The position numbers were made by a program, and so were the translations under genes. From Marsupella aquatica (Eukaryota > Plantae > Marchantiophyta), in assembly GCA_973895155.1 (NCBI GenBank), contig OZ316898.1, positions 10,134,286-10,198,285 of the forward strand: a stretch of DNA of 64,000 nt, in the 5' to 3' direction. This document shows positions 11,404 through 23,204 of this stretch, in pieces (the first letter of the stretch is position 1; each line of letters opens with the position of its first letter). Under the pieces are notes generated by a model. The model was given only the letters and a program-made list of their open reading frames with translations. It was not told where the DNA came from and did not search any database.

Positions 11404-12099
11404 AGCCCCTGCCAGCCAAACAACAAATATCGTAAAGATCTTAATAAAGAAACAACACAATCACAGATGCCAAGTTTTGTTCAGACTAAGACATGCCGTT
11501 GGTGATCTTGAGCTGTAGTATAGCTGTGAGAACCAGGTGTCGAACCTACAGCCAAGTCTAATGCAAGTCTAGTAGAAGATAATAAAAATAAATATTTATT
11601 TGCAGCCTTTACGTGGCCGCTGTCTTAAGTGGTCCCTTTGTATTTCATAAAATTGTAAAGCAATTCATTTGACCAATAACAACACCTACTATTCTAGATA
11701 ATTCCAACTAGAAAGATTGAAGCATGTTTGTCAGGGTAGAAAAGTTGGGCTGTCTTTTCTTAGGTGCTATTGATTGGTATATCTACTTTGATGGTGATTG
11801 GCACAATAGACTTGGGGATCCTACTCACAAATTTCAGAGAGATATATTGTTAGTTTAATTGACCACCAGTTGACAAGATATGGTCTCAGATTAGTGTGAA
11901 AGTAGAGTATATATAGAGATTCAGAGATATTTGAGGTATGAATAGAAATACATTCATCTTGTCAATTATATCTCAGATTTGGCATGTTGCTGAATAATCT
12001 ATCACAGACCAGACAAAAATCACAGGGCTTCTAGGTAGATTCCCTTCCAGGACCCTCCTATGGGGTTTAGTCCTGAACTCTACCAGGCTTTTCAATTTA

Positions 12100-12290
12100 C
12101 CACCCAGTAGGGTTGTTTGTTTGTTGTTTTCTCCTTTGTCTTTTGGTTTTATTTGCTTGGTTACTCATTGACCTCTTGGGCCTCGTTGGTCTTCTTGGGG
12201 TCTTTTGCTTCCCCCCTTTATTGGGTTTTTTTTGCCTTTGAGACCATGTCTCCCGATTTGGCGCTCCTGTCTTTTTGGTAGTGTTATATA
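12100..12290 (+). repeat. 3'-UTR fragment of the RLE-type LINE family seen at 57.3-58.2 kb
   Basis: Shares CCCC(T)TT.ATTGGGTTTT...TGTCTCC...GCGC.TCCTG..CTTT.GG.AG with the reverse complement of 57345-57430 and with 59050-59125. Confidence 0.55.
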
Positions 12291-12749
12291 TATCATGGAC
12301 ATTCCACCAATAAAAAACACATTCCTTAAGAAATATATTGGAAAAGATATGCAATGTCAGGAAATGCACTCCAAGGGTTACTTACATAGGTGAAATAACC
12401 CCGGCCAGTTCATTATCTATTAAATCTTCTATTTCAAAAAAATAATCCCCTTGTATAGTCAGGAATGTTTTACCGCAGATCTTTTGAGAAGCTAGATCAG
12501 ATCAATAATGGAAATATTTATTGGAGGTCGCTAATCAACACTTTCACTCCAACACCCTCTATTTTAATTGAGCATAAGCATCAACTCAAAATCAACAAGC
12601 ACGATGTAAGTTTTGTTATCGAATATTATGTTCCGGTGTCGTGATAATTCAATTATTCATGATGAAATAATTATCACTAAGTATATTATTTAATATATAG
12701 ATTAGGTTTATATTTTATTACAGGGTAACTAAATAGTTTGACTATTACT

Positions 12750-13110
12750 TATGTGCATGTAAGGTAAGCAACTATGCAAACCACAAGATGCATGCACAAA
12801 TTGTTTTATTTGCATACATTAGACTTTGTTTTATGTGCATGCAAGGTGAACAAATGTGCAAGCCACAAGGTGCATGCACAAATTGTTTTAGATGCATGCA
12901 AATTGTTTTAGATGCATGCAAATTGTTTTATTTGCATGCATTAGTTGTTTTATGCGCATGCAAGGTGAGCAAATGTGCAAGCCACAAAGTGCATGCATTA
13001 ATTGTTTTATGCGCATGCAAGGTGAGCAAATATGCAAGCCACAATGTGCATGCATGCACAAATTGTTTTAGGTGCATGAATTAGTTATTTTACTTGCATG
13101 CATCATTTGT
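12750..13110. repeat. Degenerate tandem repeat (ATGCATGCA / AATTGTTTTA / GCAAGGTGAGCAAATGTGCAAGCCACAA units)
   Basis: Four GCAAGCCACAA-type units and many ATGCA..AATTGTTTTA subunits are visible directly. Confidence 0.8.
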
Positions 13111-14045
13111 TTTAATTACAATAGTACTAACACACATTCTTATGTTGCATGTGTGCCACTTGGCTTTCATCCAAGCGATTGGGCGTAATTTATGCCCTCT
13201 TGGATTCAATATAAATAAAGTGATGAGGGACACTCTCTCCTCATTCCCACATTTTGATAATTTTTGCGTCAAAGCGATCATTTTTTCTTCTTTGATCTTT
13301 CTATTCTATTTTTTGCCTTATGTACATAGTGGTGAGGCATCCTTTGGCTCGGATAGCAAAAGAATGAGTGATAGACTTATAGATGGGACCTTAGGGAACA
13401 AAGTCTCTTTGGGAACTTAAGGGTTTGAGAATTCTTTGGCCCGGATAGCAAAGGAACAAGAGAGTCATTATGAAATCAAGAGAGAAAGATATACCTAATC
13501 TTCTCCTTCGTAATCCATTTTGGTTAGAGTCTATCTTTTAGACAAGCCATCCATGAGACAGTATTTAACTTTGGAGCTCAATTTGCAATTGTTGTTATGA
13601 GTTATAATGAGCCAATAGTGTACCCATTAGTGTCTTACCGAGAGGAGTGAGAGTGCATTATCTTTGTCCTTTATTGAAGTCATCGACCTAAATAGGAGTC
13701 CAGATGACATTTCTATTTCATTTTCTCTTGGAGATATTAGGATCGTATGTCGTTAAAAAATGAGTTTCCAAGATATGTTGATCCGCAAGTATGGTGAAGT
13801 AGGATTTAATAGTATATTAGTTTCACTTGAACCTTTTTTAATACCCACTATCCTTCTTATAAGAATTATCATTTTGATTTTAGTGTAGAACTTATGGGCA
13901 TGCAAGGTTGACTTTATAAGAGCCAACATGCTCTTACCAAAAATACGGTCACCCGAACACCGAAAGAGGGCTCCCCTTTGTGCATCTGTTTACGGATCCC
14001 ATGAGAGGTCCCTTCCAAATTCCTGGCAACAGAGTGTGCCACGTC

Positions 14046-14389
14046 TGTTAGATATTGCTCTAGTCTTGTGACTCTTGTGCTAACCACAGTTAGGCTAACT
14101 CGGGTTAGGACTTAGCTAATGTTAGCGGTAGTGCTGTTGTGTATATAGCCAGGGCTGATGCCAGACCCTGGTGGAACTTAGGCTCATTGTTACGGAGCTA
14201 GTTGAGAGATAGGGAGAGCTTGTGCTATGGATGCTTGGTATGGCCGGTCGGCCTAGAGTGCAGTAAAGCTCTTGTGTGTTCCCGTGGACGTAGCCTCATG
14301 TGGAGGTGAACCACGTATCTCTCTGTGTCGACTATTGTGCATTGGATGGTTCATGGGCTTGCCGTTGCGAATGTCGTCTATGCTCAATA
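14046..14389 (+). repeat. 5' LTR
   Basis: TGTTAG...TCAATA; 7 substitutions versus the 3' LTR by eye. Confidence 0.95.
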
Positions 14390-14391
14390 AG

Positions 14392-14403
14392 TGGTATCAG
14401 AGC
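14392..14403 (+). promoter_or_regulatory. Primer binding site (tRNA-iMet)
   Basis: TGGTATCAGAGC, 2 nt after the 5' LTR. Confidence 0.92.
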
Positions 14404-15894
14404 ATGCCTGGGAGGCGATGAGGTTTTTTCGTGACAGGTTTTTCCAGCGTTCATTGTCGATGGTACATTCAGAGTTTCGTCGCATGAAACTCGATTGTGT
14501 GTGGCTGAGCGGATAGGTTAGTGAGAGGGCATTCTAACGGTGGTTAGAGCTCGCTGATCGGTATCCGTGGTGCGGAGGAATTGAAGTTTGCGTTGTTCAG
14601 GGTTTATTCGTGTTCGACGGTATTTCGGGGGAGAAACCAGAGATCGTTTCTTCAACGGTGTGAGCTGTGCGGTGTGCGGGGCGTCGCATGTGATAGTTCA
14701 AGTTGAAGGTTGGAGCGTGCTGGTCGTTTTTGGTATCTAGTTTGCTGACGTTTGCCAAACGAGTGCGTCGTGACGAGTGAAGGAGGCGTTCTGGTTTTTT
14801 GACAAGCTATGGTGCTTGTTTTTCCCTGAACCGGATTACTCGTCGTGACGCTTGACTCGAAGGAAGAAATGCAAAGTGCTGAGGCTCAACGGAGAGATCG
14901 TGGCGAGACGGTCGTTTTGAGTCCGGGATTGGCACTTGACGCGGAGTGAAGGCGACGCAATAGAAGTTCTTTCTCTGGTGGAGCTTCAGACGTGCCGGTG
15001 CAATTTGGAAACATTTTCATGTCGGCGGTCATCACTTTTCTCATTGGAAACCAAAGCGGAGGCGGCTAAGGTTTGTAACACGACCTTTCTGTCATTTTGG
15101 GCACATTTTTAAGGTTAGTTTAGGGCATTTTTTGCCCCAATACGGCCCCAATACCCGACAAACCAGGTTCGCCATACGCCCCGGCACGCACACCGGCCTC
15201 CCACACCCCTTTAAGCGTGAAAACGTGCATTTTTTGCCCAAATACGGCCAAAAACGCGAAAATACGTGCGTTTTGACCCATTTAAACCCATTTTTTCACG
15301 TTTTTTGCTGTTTATATGCGATTCTGGCCGCAAATACGCGCGCGTTGCCGCAAATACGCGCGCCTTTGCCAGGGGCTATAAGACCCCTTTAGAGTGTGTT
15401 TTTCTGAATTTTTTTTTCTCTCCTCCTCATTGGTTGTGCCTCATCCCGGGCCCTGTGACCCTCCGTTTTAACCGCTCCGACTGGGGGAATGGCCCCCTGT
15501 GAGCCCTGTTGGACTGTGCAGGAATATTCCCAAAAAACAGAGAGCTGTTTTTTGGCCGTCACACAAAGATTCTGTCTGTCGCACGGTAACTTTTTTGGTT
15601 CTTTTTTGGTGAGGATGTTGCCACTGGAGTTAGCAACGCGACGCACCGATCACATCGCGATTCCGACGACAGGTTGTACTTGGTATTTCGGTTATTCTCC
15701 GAGGTGGTCAAAACAGGGGAGTTTCCCAAGGTTTTACCCACCCCGACCAAAATTTGAATAACTTTTCCGTCGAATTTTGATTTTGATTTCGGATTTCAGT
15801 ATTGGACTCCTAGCTTTGTGGGCTACGCAGCGGTGTTGAGTTTTGAGTTTTATGAGAAATTTTGAAAAAAGATATTTTTTCGTGATTGTTTCAT

Positions 15895-18800
15895 ATGAGT
15901 GACTCGGAGGATACTGGAAGAATTGGCGTCGGTGGAGCTTCAGGATCGCGACGGTCAGATGGAGAGTCTGAGGAGGAGCTGCTACCGTTTGAAGAAGAAC
16001 TAGTGACACCGGTACGATCACTGGTGCGGCGTGCAATGGAGGAAGTTGTGTTACTACCAGAGCTGTCGGTAGTAGGGAAGAAGAGAGAGATGGCTAGATT
16101 CGGAGGAGTAAAGTTTGAAGTGGAGAAGTACGATGGTCGTACTGATTACTTGCTGTGGGAGAAGCAAGTGAAGGGTGTTCTACGGGCCATGGGCTTAGCT
16201 CATCTGCTTTCATCGCGAGAGCAGTATGAGGGAGAGGAGGAGATTTCAGTGAGGCAATGGAGACAGGAGCAGGTGATTGCTGTCAATGCAGTGATGCTAT
16301 ATCTCAAGCCGCACATCATCAAGCAGCTAGATGATTATGCGGATTGCGCGTCACTGTTCAAGGCTCTAAGAGAGAAGTACTACCCGGAAGATGCGTCAGA
16401 CCGGCTGTACAAGAAGTCTCTCTTGATGAGCCTCAGGCTCAAGGAAGGGAGCAAGATGCAGGATCACCTAGATGAATTTGATAGTCTTGCGGTAGATCTG
16501 TCAAACCTGGGAAAAGGAGTTGAAGATGAGGATAAGGCCTTGCTTCTGCTAAGCTCCTTACCGCCGTCTTATCAGGGCTTGAAATAGGTTCTCTTGTACA
16601 GAGATCTGAAATCCATTTCGTATAATGAGGTGGTAAGCTCTTTACTATCTGATGATGCTCAGAAGAAGCTGGGTCAATCATAGACAGCATCTTCTTCTGG
16701 CACTGCGCTCAATGTGAATAGGGGAAGAGCAACGCGGCGCACGAATGGGCAGAACAGGTTTAGATCTACATCACGGGGGAGATCTAAATCCAGAGGAAAA
16801 TCGCAAGATAGGAAGCCTCTTGCATGTTGGAATTGTGGCAAGCTAGGCCACATGAAAAGGGATTGTCGAGTAAAGGTCCCTACTGCCTCTGCTAATGCGG
16901 CATCGAGCTCGCATGAGGTAGATTTACTCGATGATGATGACATATTGTGATGTCAAGGTTATGCTCTCAACGTAGTGTCAAATCCAGTTAGTGATGACTG
17001 GATTCTAGATAGTGCATGTACTTTTCACAGTTGCTCTAGGAGAGATTGTTTCTGTTCTTACACGATTTCCAACGGGTCAGTGTTGATGGGAAATGGAATC
17101 CCATGTCAAGTTGTTGGACTTGGATCTGTAAGATTTCAGATGTTTGATGGTGTTGTGAGAACGTTGAGGAATGTGATACATATTCCCAGCATGATGAAAA
17201 ATCTCATTTCACTTGGAGTTTTAGAAGCAAATGGCCATCAGTGGAGCTCTGCTAATGGTGTCCTTCAGGTTTCAACTAGTACTAAAGTTGTATTGAAGGG
17301 AAAGAGACATAGCAATCTATACGTTTTGGAGGGCAGTGTAGTTTGTGATGAAGCTAATGTAACCTTATCTCATGAGGAGACGGCCCGGCTGTGACACTTC
17401 CGTTTGAGCCACATGAGTGAAAAAAGTTTGGTTATTCTTCAGAAGAAAGGATTACTTTCTAATTTGCAATCTTGTAAGTTGGAATTTTGTGAGCACTGTG
17501 TGCTAGGGAAGCAGCACAGGAAACCCTTCGGAGTTGGAACTCACACCAGCAAGGAGGTACTTGAGTATGTACATAGTGATGTGTGGGGTCCAGCCCCTAC
17601 TCCCTCACATTCTGGACGGTTATACTATATCACGTTCATAGACGATTACTCAAGGTATGTGTGGATATACTTTCTACACAATAAGTCTGATGTTTTTGCC
17701 ACTTTTAAGGAGTGGAAAGCCCAAGTTAAGAATCAGACTGGTAATAAGGTGAGATATCTTCGATCGGATAACGGCGGTGAATACAGTTCCGCGGAATTTG
17801 GAACGTATTGTAAGGAGCAGGGGATTACCCGCCATCTCACAACAAGTTATACTCCTCAGCAGAATGGTGTTTCTGAGAGACTCAACCGAACACTATTGGA
17901 CCGCTCGAGGAGTATGTTGAGTCAATCATGCTTACCACATGAGTTTTGGGCTGAAGCTGTCAACACTGCAGCTTATTTGGTAAATTTTTCTCCATCCAGT
18001 TATATTGGATTCAAGATGCCATTTGAAATGAGGTACGGGAGTCCAGCAGATTACTCACATCTGAGGATTTTTGGATGTGATGCTTATGTGCTTACACCTT
18101 CCCAGCTTTGATCCAAGCTGGAGTCCAAGTCGAAGAAGTGCATTTTCCTTGGTTATCAGAAAGGTGTGAAGGGTTATAGGTTATGGGATCCAGTAAGCTG
18201 TAAGCTAATTGTCAGTAGAGATGTGTCCTTTAATGAATCCAGATCATCAAAGGAGGGGGAGAGTTCTCAGGACTCCCATACTGACAAGGGGAAATCTCCC
18301 ATCCCGGACCGGGTTGAGGGGGAGATTAGTCATGATGCAGTTCATGACAGGAGAGATGGAGAAGCTCCGGGCTTGGAGCTGGTTCCTGTGATGGAACAAG
18401 AGGAGCAGATTGTTGCTAGGGTACCTCAAATTCAACCAGCAGCAACAACAGATCAGCCTGAGTCATCTACTAGAAGAACTTCCAGTCGTTCTACTAGAGC
18501 TCCTACCAGGTATGGTCAATGGGCAGACTCATCTAAGCTAGATGATATTGACATTGCACCTGATGAAGATGATATGGCTTTGATCTTGGAAGAAGGAGAG
18601 CCTTCTTCGTATAGTGAGGCTTGTGCTTTAGAGCAGAAGCATGAGTGGAATGCAGCAATGCAAAGGGAGTTGCAATCTTTGAGTGACAACAAAACATGGG
18701 AACTGGTGGAGCTTCCAAGAGGTCAGCAAGTGGTAGACAGCAAGTGGATTTACAAGTTGAAGGATAGTCCTTCAGAGGGTGGAGACAAGATCTACAAGGC

Positions 18801-19983
18801 AAGGCTTGTTGCCAAGGGATTCACTCAAGAGAAAGGAGTGGATTACAATGAGGTCTTTTCACCGGTTGCTAAGTATTCCACAATTCGGATCTTGTGTCAG
18901 CTTGTTGTGTTTTTTGGTCTGGTGATGGATCAGATGGATGTTGTTACTGCTTTTCTCTATGGCAACTTGGAAGAGATGATCTTCATGAGACAGCCACTAG
19001 GCTTTATGAAGAAGGGCCAAGAGAACTTAGTTTGAAGATTGTTCAAGTCCTTGTATGGATTGAAGCAGTCTCCCAGACAGTGGAACAAGCGGTTTGATGA
19101 TTTCATGCTTGCTCAAGGTTTTACAAGGATGGTGTATGATCTTTGTGTGTATACGAAATCAGTCAAGAATGATGTATTTGGTTTCATCATTCTGGTTATC
19201 TATGTGGACGACATGTTGATTGTGGCTAAAGATCAATCTGAGGTTGACAGTCTCAAGGCAAAATTGAGTGTTGAATTCAGGATGAAGGATCTTGGTAAGG
19301 CCAAGAGAATCTTAGGGATGGAGATTTTTAGGAACTCTGAGACTGGACAGTTGTGCTTGAGTCAAGGCCAGTATGCGAAAGTACTTGCACGATTCAACAT
19401 GGAGAACTGTAAGCTAGTGAGTATTCCTTTAGCTTCACATTTCAAGTTATCATCGGTTTTTTCTCCTACGGATGCTGTGGAGAAAGGTCTGATGGCTAAG
19501 ATTCCTTATGAGAAGGCAGTAGGCAGTCTGATGTATTTGATGACTTGTACTAGGCCTGACTTGGCCCTAGCGATGGGCAAGGTTAGCATATTCATGTCAA
19601 ATCCAGGGAAGGTACATTGGGAAGCTATGAAGTGGATTCTCAGGTATCCGAAGGGAACAGAGGACTATGGATTACTATTTGATAACAGATCAGATAGAAC
19701 GTTAGTTGGCTATGTAGATTCTGACTATGGAGGCTGTCTGGATACAAGGAGGTCTACAACTGGGTTTGTATACACTCTTGGAGGAGGATGTATCAGTTGG
19801 AAATCTACCTTGCAGAAGTGCATATCTCAGTCTACTACAGAAGCAGAGTATGTTGCAGCAGCAGAAGCTGCAAAGGAAGCAATTTGGTTGGATAAGTTGA
19901 TCGTGGAGATGGAGTTTACCAAAGTGATTCCTTTGGAGAGTTTCTCAAGACACCGTGCTACTTTGCAGGTTTTGCAGTTGTAG
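15895..19983 (+). pseudogene. Copia gag-pol polyprotein, single frame with 6 in-frame stops and a deleted RNase H core
   Basis: Zinc knuckle CWNCGKLGHMKRDC, protease WILDSAC, integrase CEHC...HSDVWG...LRSDNGGEY...[21 protein letters not shown] and YVDDML, RNase H start GYVDSDYG. Stops at 16585, 16681, 16948, 17392, 18109 and 19033. Confidence 0.95.
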
Positions 19984-20179
19984 TGCAAGTAGAGTTATTT
20001 AGCAATGTGTGACTATTTGTATATGGATTACTCATTCCTTTTAGGCTACGGCTTAGTTCTAGTTAACCCTTAGTAAACCCTTGTGGTTTTTAGGGGGAGA
20101 CCTGGTTTGGTGATTGTCTAGAACTTCCCGCTGAGGATTCCATATGGTAGCATTTAGTCCAGTCCCCAAGACAAGAGTC

Positions 20180-20190
20180 AAGGGGGAGTT
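20180..20190 (+). promoter_or_regulatory. Polypurine tract
   Basis: AAGGGGGAG(TT) immediately before the 3' LTR. Confidence 0.9.
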
Positions 20191-20534
20191 TGTTAGATAT
20201 TGCTCTAGTCTTGTGACTCTTGTGCTAACCACAGTTAGGCTAACTCGGGTTAGGACTTAGCTAATGTTAGCGGTAGTGCTGTTGTGTATATAGCCAGGGC
20301 TGATGCCAGACCCTGGTGGAACTTAGGCTCATTGTTACGGAGCTAGTTGGGAGATAGGGAGAGCTTGTGCTGTGGATGCTTGGTATGGCCGGTCGGCCTA
20401 GAGTGCAATAAAGCTCTTGTGTGTTCCTGTGGACGTAGCCTCATGTGGAGGTGAACCACGTATCTCTCTGTGTCGACTATTGTGCGTTGGATGGTTCATG
20501 GGCTTGCCGTTGCGAATATCGTCTATGCTCAACA
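20191..20534 (+). repeat. 3' LTR
   Basis: TG...CA termini, followed by the TSD ACGTC. Confidence 0.95.
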
Positions 20535-21322
20535 ACGTCAACAACAACCGCAACAAACAAGACTCGTCAGTTTTGTAAATCAAACTTACAATTTTCATTC
20601 GTGTTTGCATCAATTTGGGTGTAAATTTTGGGGCACCATATCGTAAAGAGAAATGTAAAAATTTAGAAATACAAAGAGCAAGACGGGTAAAACTGTCACT
20701 ATGGAACCGTTTTAGTTACATATCCAATCTAAAAAATTAAATTCAAATATTTGAAAAATATTTTTTATATAATAAACAATGACTAACTAACTTGATAACT
20801 TCCTTGTTAAAGGGTAATTAACATATGGAGTCACATTTTCAGCATTTTGCAATTCAGGCAAATTGCCAACTATAGTAGGAACTTTAATTCAATGAATTGA
20901 TACAATTCATTTGATCAATTTGATCAGACATTGATCTGGTTTGATTTGGTTTCAAATGGACTTGCCACAAATTGACTATTGACTTTCTTAGTTTGAGAAT
21001 TTGGTTGCATGTAGCAAAAAGGCCTGATTTTGACAACTGCTTGTGATTATCACAGTGTCAATTTTGGCCTGCAAAGCAAAGTATTCATATGGCAGTTGAA
21101 AAAAAGTCAAATTGCTCAGGCCATGGCTGAATGGATCCACAGTGATTTTGTGATTAAATCTCATATAAACAATGAAAATTGTAAAATCTATCATAATTGT
21201 CCAACACAACATGACTACCAGTTTCCTTTCGTAATCATATTTCTATCTTTTGAAAGCTTAAGCTTTGCCCTTCTCCATTTGGTGAATAGTTGCATCAAGG
21301 TCATGAGGCTATTAACCTCTAA

Positions 21323-21844
21323 CAGCTTTTTACTAAACTACCCCCCAAACTGGTAGTTATTAAGATACTGCCCCCAAAACTAAAATATTTAGTATACTGC
21401 CCCCCAAACCGTATCCCATCACTTTTAACCCGAGTACTTGACCACTGCTGTGTTCTGATTGGCCAAAAAGTAACCATAGTCGATGACCTAAGGTCAACCT
21501 TATTGCAATATCTTCTTCGCCCGGGCCCAAGGTGCAACTGTGTTCGATCACTGTGTATGGGGTCAGAACCACTTCAGGCCGCAATCCCCAATGCGAGCGC
21601 GGCACTTTCGACCCCATACACACTGATCAAACACGGTTGCACCTTGAGCCCGGGCGAAGATGATACTGTGGTAAGGTTGGTCATCGACTATGGTTACTTT
21701 TTGGCCAATCGGAACATAGCAGTGGTCAAGTACTCGGGTTAAAAGTGATGGGATGCGGTTTGGGTGGCAGTATACTAAATATATTAGTTTTGGGGGCAGT
21801 ATCCTAATAACTACCAGTTTTGGGGGTAGTATAATAAAAAGCTG
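21323..21844. mobile_element. Foldback / Mutator-like MITE with ~240-bp inverted arms
   Basis: 21323-21563 is a near reverse complement of 21610-21844. The flanks TAACCTCTAA (21313-21322) and TAACCTCTTA (21845-21854) form a 10-bp TSD with one mismatch. Confidence 0.88.
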
Positions 21845-22544
21845 TAACCTCTTATTCAAAACTTGCCAAATTAAGACTTCAGTGAAATCTGGCGACAAAT
21901 ATTCTAAAGAGGCGTCAGCTACTAGAAAGCTTAGGGTTCCTTGTTGAGAAAAACAGATTTCTCAATTTGTCTTGAGAAAGTAGTCACTCTTCTCAACTCA
22001 AATTGAGTGCCCAGGGGACTTCAGTGGTCAAATATAGTGTCATTTAATGCCTAAATCAACTAACGGAAAATATTGTGCTTTGGGTTTATTAATTAATGTT
22101 CAAAAACTAGTGAAAATATCTCATAGATCTCTCAAGTGTTTTAATGTATGCTAGCAGAGCATTATGGACCACATTAGCCTCTCAAAACGCAAACTAAAGA
22201 CCCTTATTTTCCTGGTCATTATGAAGAAATTGCAAAATCACATTTGGATGAGATAATTAATTTCTCCTATATTTTAACTAAAATTTGTAAACTATCTCAT
22301 CAGAATAATCTGTGATACCATAGCATGTCGGACCATGATGGTCTCTCACAACTTGAGTTAAAGTTAATATTACATACATTCTTTTTACTCAAACAAGTCC
22401 TACAAAATGTAGCAAGCGTTAGGATTTATTCTTAGGTTTAGAGTTACGATTGTACCGTAGTTAAGGCTAACCTTAATCGCAGACCTGGTTAGGTTAGTCA
22501 CACTGTGCACATTTTATAATCGAACAATGTTTGCTTGGAGAGGG

Positions 22545-22761
22545 GAAACTCAGGCTCATTGTTACGGAGCTAGTTGAGAGATAGAGAAAACTTGTGCTGT
22601 GGATGCTTGGTATGGCCGGTCGATCTAGAGTGCAGTAAAACTCATATGTGTTCCCGTGCACGTAATCTCATGTGGAGGTGAACTACGTATGTCTTTATGT
22701 CGACTCTTATGCGTTGGATGATTCATAGACTTGTCGTTGCTATTATCGTCTATACTCAACA
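22545..22761 (+). repeat. Diverged partial/solo LTR related to the Copia LTR
   Basis: Aligns by eye to the 3' ~215 bp of the LTR (AGGCTCATTGTTACGGAGCTAGTTG...CGTCTATACTCAACA). Neither a PBS nor a matching TSD was found. Confidence 0.85.
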
Positions 22762-22881
22762 GCCAGGGTGTCCACAAACTAATTGTGTTCTATCCATTAT
22801 TTGGTAATAGTACAAGTCCCATAGAGAAAAGTCCCATAGAGAACCCACCTCGTACTTGAGTGGGGAAATGAGAAGCAGTGA

Positions 22882-22971
22882 AAGAGATATGTACTCAATC
22901 AGCCGCTCCTCATGCTCCCGATGACTAAGAGATATGTACTCAATCAGCCGCTCCTCATGCTCCCGATGACT
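22882..22971. repeat. Exact 45-bp tandem duplication
   Basis: AAGAGATATGTACTCAATCAGCCGCTCCTCATGCTCCCGATGACT occurs twice in tandem. Confidence 0.9.
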
Positions 22972-23204
22972 TTTGGAATGACAGCCGTGAATGCAATTTC
23001 GTGATGGTTGTAGCTCCTTTCTAGAATCCAGCACTCTTCGATTGCATATGATTCGGCTGAATTTTCTTCGTTTTGATACGATTCTGCTGGATTTTCTTCT
23101 ACTTTAGTCTCGTTCCTTTTGTTTTGGTTGTGATTATCAAATCTATTTTCTGGCTTGAAAATCAAGTTGAGAAACGGGCATGAAAGGGTTGTCAAACCTC
23201 AAAC

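Larger units (their letters stand above)
14046..20534 (+). mobile_element. Ty1/Copia LTR retrotransposon, structurally complete but inactive
   Basis: 344-bp LTRs at 14046-14389 and 20191-20534. TSD ACGTC at 14041-14045 and 20535-20539. PBS and PPT present. Domain order is gag-PR-INT-RT-RH. Confidence 0.97.

Noticed and set aside
16948-16950. Programmed gag/pol stop-codon readthrough
   Set aside because: It is one of six in-frame stops and cannot be distinguished from decay without other copies.
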